Shown piece by piece: positions 60,743 through 64,000 of a stretch of 64,000 nt of DNA. Position numbers and translations under genes: made by a program. Origin of the DNA: Candidatus Binatia bacterium (lineage in GTDB: Bacteria; Desulfobacterota; Binatia; Bin18); contig CAXXHG010000020.1 of NCBI GenBank assembly GCA_963666315.2, forward strand, positions 1-64,000, read 5' to 3'. The notes under the pieces are model-generated. The model had not been told where the DNA came from. It saw nothing but the letters and a program-made list of their open reading frames with translations, and did not search any database. Numbering within the stretch: the first letter of the stretch is position 1; the number at the start of each line of letters is the position of its first letter.

Positions 60743-60838
60743 ATGACGGATTCACACCGGGCCAGGAAAATGCAGCAGCTTATCATCGGGTGGAGTCTCA
60801 TCGGCCTATTCACAAGTGTCTGGTTGGCCCTGGCTTAG
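60743..60838 (+). CDS. Putative 31-aa single-pass membrane peptide
   Basis: MTDSHRARKMQQLIIGWSLIGLFTSVWLALA, with a strong RBS and promoter-like sequence; too short for the ORF track. Confidence 0.5.
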   Translation: MTDSHRARKMQQLIIGWSLIGLFTSVWLALA

Positions 60839-61108
60839 GGCGGGGAATCGTTGCACGTACTCACCGCCGGCCTAGCCCCTCATTATTTCACAATCTCTAC
60901 AATCCCATACCGCTACGCGGCTTCGTTCCAGGCGGATCAGCTCTAGCGAGTCTAGACTGCAAGAGGCTGCAGCCAAAGAGGGCAAGTTTTTCGATAAGGC
61001 CCCACCCAGGTGGGTGATGCCCGAGCGAACTCGTTGAACACGGCAAAGCCACTCGGGCGCTCAACACCTAATAAAAGCGCCTGCTCCGTGTCCCGTGCCC
61101 TCCTGCCA

Positions 61109-62539
61109 CTACCGTATGGGGCGGCACTTCCAATAGTAGTTGTGCATCGTAGGTCCCTCTTTGCGCCGCCTGAGGGTTAAGACGACCGAATCGCCAATGC
61201 GCACGTCCTCAGGATCAACGTCCGTCATCTGCAGATACAGCCGCCCACCCTGATCGAGATCGACTACACTCATAATCGTGGGGTTGTCGGGAGCCACGTA
61301 CAGATGGTCTCGGGTGAAGGTGAAAACCTGGCCGGTATGCCCAAGCAGAACTTCCTGGAGCGAATCGTGATTCTGACACGCGCTACACACCCGCGTGATC
61401 GGATATTGGCGGGTGTTGCAACGCATACATAAGGTTCCGTGGAGGCGGACATTTTGACTTTCTTCTTTTTCCAGTAGGACGTTGGACAGCTCGGCGGCCT
61501 CCTGGTGCTCGCCATAATACGTACGCATTTTCCGAAAGATCTGGTACGAGGGATACAGACGCTTTTCACTCACGTGGTCCGACACCGAAGACGGGAGCGG
61601 GCTGGTGCGAATCTCGTCGGTCACGCGCAGCAGTACCCCGTCCGCACCATCGCCGTAGTTGAGCAGAAGCAGCACGTCACCTGGACTCGCAACTTCCAGA
61701 GCTGCGGCAAGCAGCAGAAAAGCGGCCGCACTGCCTGGCGCGCCCATATCGTGAAACAAGGGGTCAAGCAGTTGTGTATCCTGAAAACCCAACTTCTTGG
61801 CAACGGCCGCATGCGCCCGGCCATCCGGAGAGGCGAGGATAACCTTGGCCACATTTTGGGCTTGTAAGCTGTGTTGTTCGAGCAGTGTTTTGCCGACGCT
61901 CACCAGGCTCTTGTGATAGCCACGCTCAGTAGCAAACCGCGACGTCTGGGTCTGAATGAAATCATCCGTGTCCCGTCGCCATTCATCCCAAAAATCACTC
62001 GAGCACGTGGCCAGGCCCAAGATCTCAGCCAGCACCTTCTCCTGGCCGAGAGTCACCGCGCTACCGGCGTCTCCCAGCCACTCTTCTTCACTCTCGCCGG
62101 GTTGGCCGTCACGTACGTCACCTGCCGCAATCAAAATATTAGACAACCGGCCGCTCTTGAGTGCGTCCAGCCCGGCCCGCAGAGCAGCCGTGGCCGAGCG
62201 CAGGCTCGCGCCAAAGTCCGCGGTTTCACACGTCGAGGGAAGATCACACGCTGCGGCAAGAAAGCTGGCCGACGAGCGCTGCCAAAAAGGGGCGGACGTT
62301 GACGCAAAGAACAGCGCGTCAATTGCGTTATTGCCTGGCTGGGTATTGCCTCGCCCGGTATTCTTCAGGTGCTCAAGACAGCGCTGGGCGGCTTCAAATC
62401 CGAGCGTGAACGCATCTTCATCAAAGTATACGGCGGCCCGCTCGCCTTTGCCGCCCCGACGATCCCACGCCTGGCCGAATTTACTGCGCTCCAGGCGACA
62501 AAAAGGAATATGATAGCCGCAACTTGTAATGCCGATCAT
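61109..62539 (-). CDS. HMG-CoA synthase/KAS III-like domain fused to a DUF35 Zn-ribbon/OB-fold
   Basis: MIGITSCGYHIP, DEDAFTL, GDAGSA, YGDGAD; C-terminal CMRC...YPITRVCSAC and GQVFTFT. Confidence 0.88.
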   Translation of the reverse strand: MIGITSCGYHIPFCRLERSKFGQAWDRRGGKGERAAVYFDEDAFTLGFEAAQRCLEHLKNTGRGNTQPGNNAIDALFFASTSAPFWQRSSASFLAAACDLPSTCETADFGASLRSATAALRAGLDALKSGRLSNILIAAGDVRDGQPGESEEEWLGDAGSAVTLGQEKVLAEILGLATCSSDFWDEWRRDTDDFIQTQTSRFATERGYHKSLVSVGKTLLEQHSLQAQNVAKVILASPDGRAHAAVAKKLGFQDTQLLDPLFHDMGAPGSAAAFLLLAAALEVASPGDVLLLLNYGDGADGVLLRVTDEIRTSPLPSSVSDHVSEKRLYPSYQIFRKMRTYYGEHQEAAELSNVLLEKEESQNVRLHGTLCMRCNTRQYPITRVCSACQNHDSLQEVLLGHTGQVFTFTRDHLYVAPDNPTIMSVVDLDQGGRLYLQMTDVDPEDVRIGDSVVLTLRRRKEGPTMHNYYWKCRPIR

Positions 62540-62548
62540 AGCCTCTTC

Positions 62549-63439
62549 CTACGCGAGCCCAGCTTGCTTGGCTCGCTCAAGAATAGTGCGCACCCGGGTG
62601 AGATGGGGCACATCGACCATCTGGCCTTTAAAGCTAAACGCCATCTTGCCCCCCTTTTCATTTTCTTCAAACGCAGCCAGGAGTTCTTGGCTTTCGGCAA
62701 TCTCTTCAGCCGACGGGCTAAACACGGTGTTGACCGTGTCTATCTGATTCGGGTGGATGGTGATTTTACCCGTAAAGCCCATCCACGCCCCCTCGACACA
62801 GTCTCGTTGGAAGCCTGCAACATCACGGATATCGACGAACACCGTGTCCAGCGGCTGTACCCCGGCCGCCGTTGCGGCCAACAACGTCATGATGCGCGCA
62901 TAACGAAAAACCTCAAGAAACCGGCCGGCCTCATCCCGATTACGTCGAGCGCCAATGGCGGCCGATAAATCCTCAGCGCCCCACGACAAGGCATCCACTC
63001 GCGGACAGGCACCAAAGTCCTTGATGTTCAGCAGCCCCTCGGGTGTCTCGGTTGCCAGCACGACTAATTTGACTTCTCCGGGTGCGTAGTCGAGTTGTTT
63101 TTCCATACGGGTCAGAATCGCATCAATTTTGAATAGGTCATCTTTAGTCCGTACTTTCGGTACGAGGTAGGAGTCCGGTCGACCCTGCATCGTCATTTCA
63201 AGGTCGTGTACTCCCCACGGCGTATCCAGGGGGTTCATCCGCACCATGCGTTCCTGGCGGCCGAAGTCTATATTTTTGAGCCAGTCAGTCACAGTCTCGC
63301 GGGCCGTGTCCTTATTGTCCGGCGTGACCGCATCTTCAAGGTCCAGCACCAGCGAGTCTGCCGCCAAAGCCAGCGACTTATTCAGCATCTTTTCATCTGC
63401 CCCCGGCACAAAGTGCACGGCGCGGCGTAAGCGTGTCAT
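62549..63439 (-). CDS. CitE-like CoA-ester lyase (HpcH/HpaI family)
   Basis: RRAVHFVPG, LDLEDAV, MVRMN, TETPEG, WGAEDL, GKITIHPNQ, MVDVPH motifs. Confidence 0.93.
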   Translation of the reverse strand: MTRLRRAVHFVPGADEKMLNKSLALAADSLVLDLEDAVTPDNKDTARETVTDWLKNIDFGRQERMVRMNPLDTPWGVHDLEMTMQGRPDSYLVPKVRTKDDLFKIDAILTRMEKQLDYAPGEVKLVVLATETPEGLLNIKDFGACPRVDALSWGAEDLSAAIGARRNRDEAGRFLEVFRYARIMTLLAATAAGVQPLDTVFVDIRDVAGFQRDCVEGAWMGFTGKITIHPNQIDTVNTVFSPSAEEIAESQELLAAFEENEKGGKMAFSFKGQMVDVPHLTRVRTILERAKQAGLA

Positions 63440-63467
63440 GAGCTGTCTCCGTTATCCGGCGCGGGGC

Positions 63468-63929
63468 CTACGAGATTTGAGCCTCTTTTTTTCGCATCAT
63501 GGCCCCGCGCCGGCAGTGCATAACGATTGCACCGCGCTGATTCTTAGCCTTATGCTCAAAGGTGATAATGCCCCACTGCGGACGCGAGCGGGATTCACGC
63601 TTGGCCACAACCTCAGTTTCTATATACAGGGTGTCACCAATGAAAACGGGCTTAGGGAACTTCACCTCTTCAAAACCAAGATTGCCGACCGTCGTGCCCA
63701 GCGTGGTATCGCCAACCGACAGGCCCACGGCCAAACCCAGCGTAAAAATACTGTTGACCAAACGTTGTCCAAATTCGGCTTTTTTTGCGAACTCTTCGTC
63801 CAAGTGCAGAGGCTGGGGGTTCATGGTCATGGTGGTGAATAAGAGATTGTCCGTCTCAGTGATGGTGCGTCCGGGTTGATGCTGGAATACGTCGCCGACG
63901 TTTAATTCTTCAAAGTATTTTCCGGCCAT
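63468..63929 (-). CDS. MaoC family dehydratase
   Basis: [44 protein letters not shown]. Confidence 0.93.
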   Translation of the reverse strand: MAGKYFEELNVGDVFQHQPGRTITETDNLLFTTMTMNPQPLHLDEEFAKKAEFGQRLVNSIFTLGLAVGLSVGDTTLGTTVGNLGFEEVKFPKPVFIGDTLYIETEVVAKRESRSRPQWGIITFEHKAKNQRGAIVMHCRRGAMMRKKEAQIS

Positions 63930-64000
63930 ATCGTCCTCCCCTATCGTTCTATATCGTCTTTGGTCTCGCACCTCTTCAGCCGAAGAGGCCTGTGGACGTT

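Noticed and set aside
60850-61100. Possible gene remnant downstream of the HMGS-OB fusion
   Set aside because: Short open frames with no clear start, RBS or recognisable motif.

Overview
Bacterial chromosomal window (mid-50s % GC by eye; gene content suggests a Binatota/Tectomicrobia/deltaproteobacterial-like heterotroph, which is inference only). It is packed with catabolic genes: two hydantoinase/oxoprolinase A+B pairs, four luciferase-like monooxygenases, two amidohydrolases, two SCP2-type thiolases with DUF35/OB-fold partners, CoA-transferase, MaoC, CitE-like and crotonase genes, and a YCF48-RND-DUF1302-DUF1329 envelope cluster. I found no rRNA, tRNA, CRISPR array or intact transposase. 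The main result is two genes that the ORF track splits at in-frame TGA codons and that look like selenoproteins. (1) A MerB (organomercurial lyase)-fold gene at 51533-52258 has TGA at both catalytic Cys positions, lacks the catalytic Asp, has hairpins after each TGA and has no mer genes nearby. (2) A UGSC-family gene at 35467-36009 (minus) has a UxxC motif and a SECIS-like hairpin, and is co-oriented with a partner gene, two amidohydrolases and an LLM. Other notable items: a heme-oxygenase-like plus ferritin-like diiron gene pair linked to a sodium:solute symporter, a possible -1 frameshift gene (A_AAA_AAG), an unannotated 31-aa membrane peptide with its own promoter and RBS, an IlvE homologue with Arg at the PLP lysine, and a decaying zone with several pseudogenes (about 48-57 kb).
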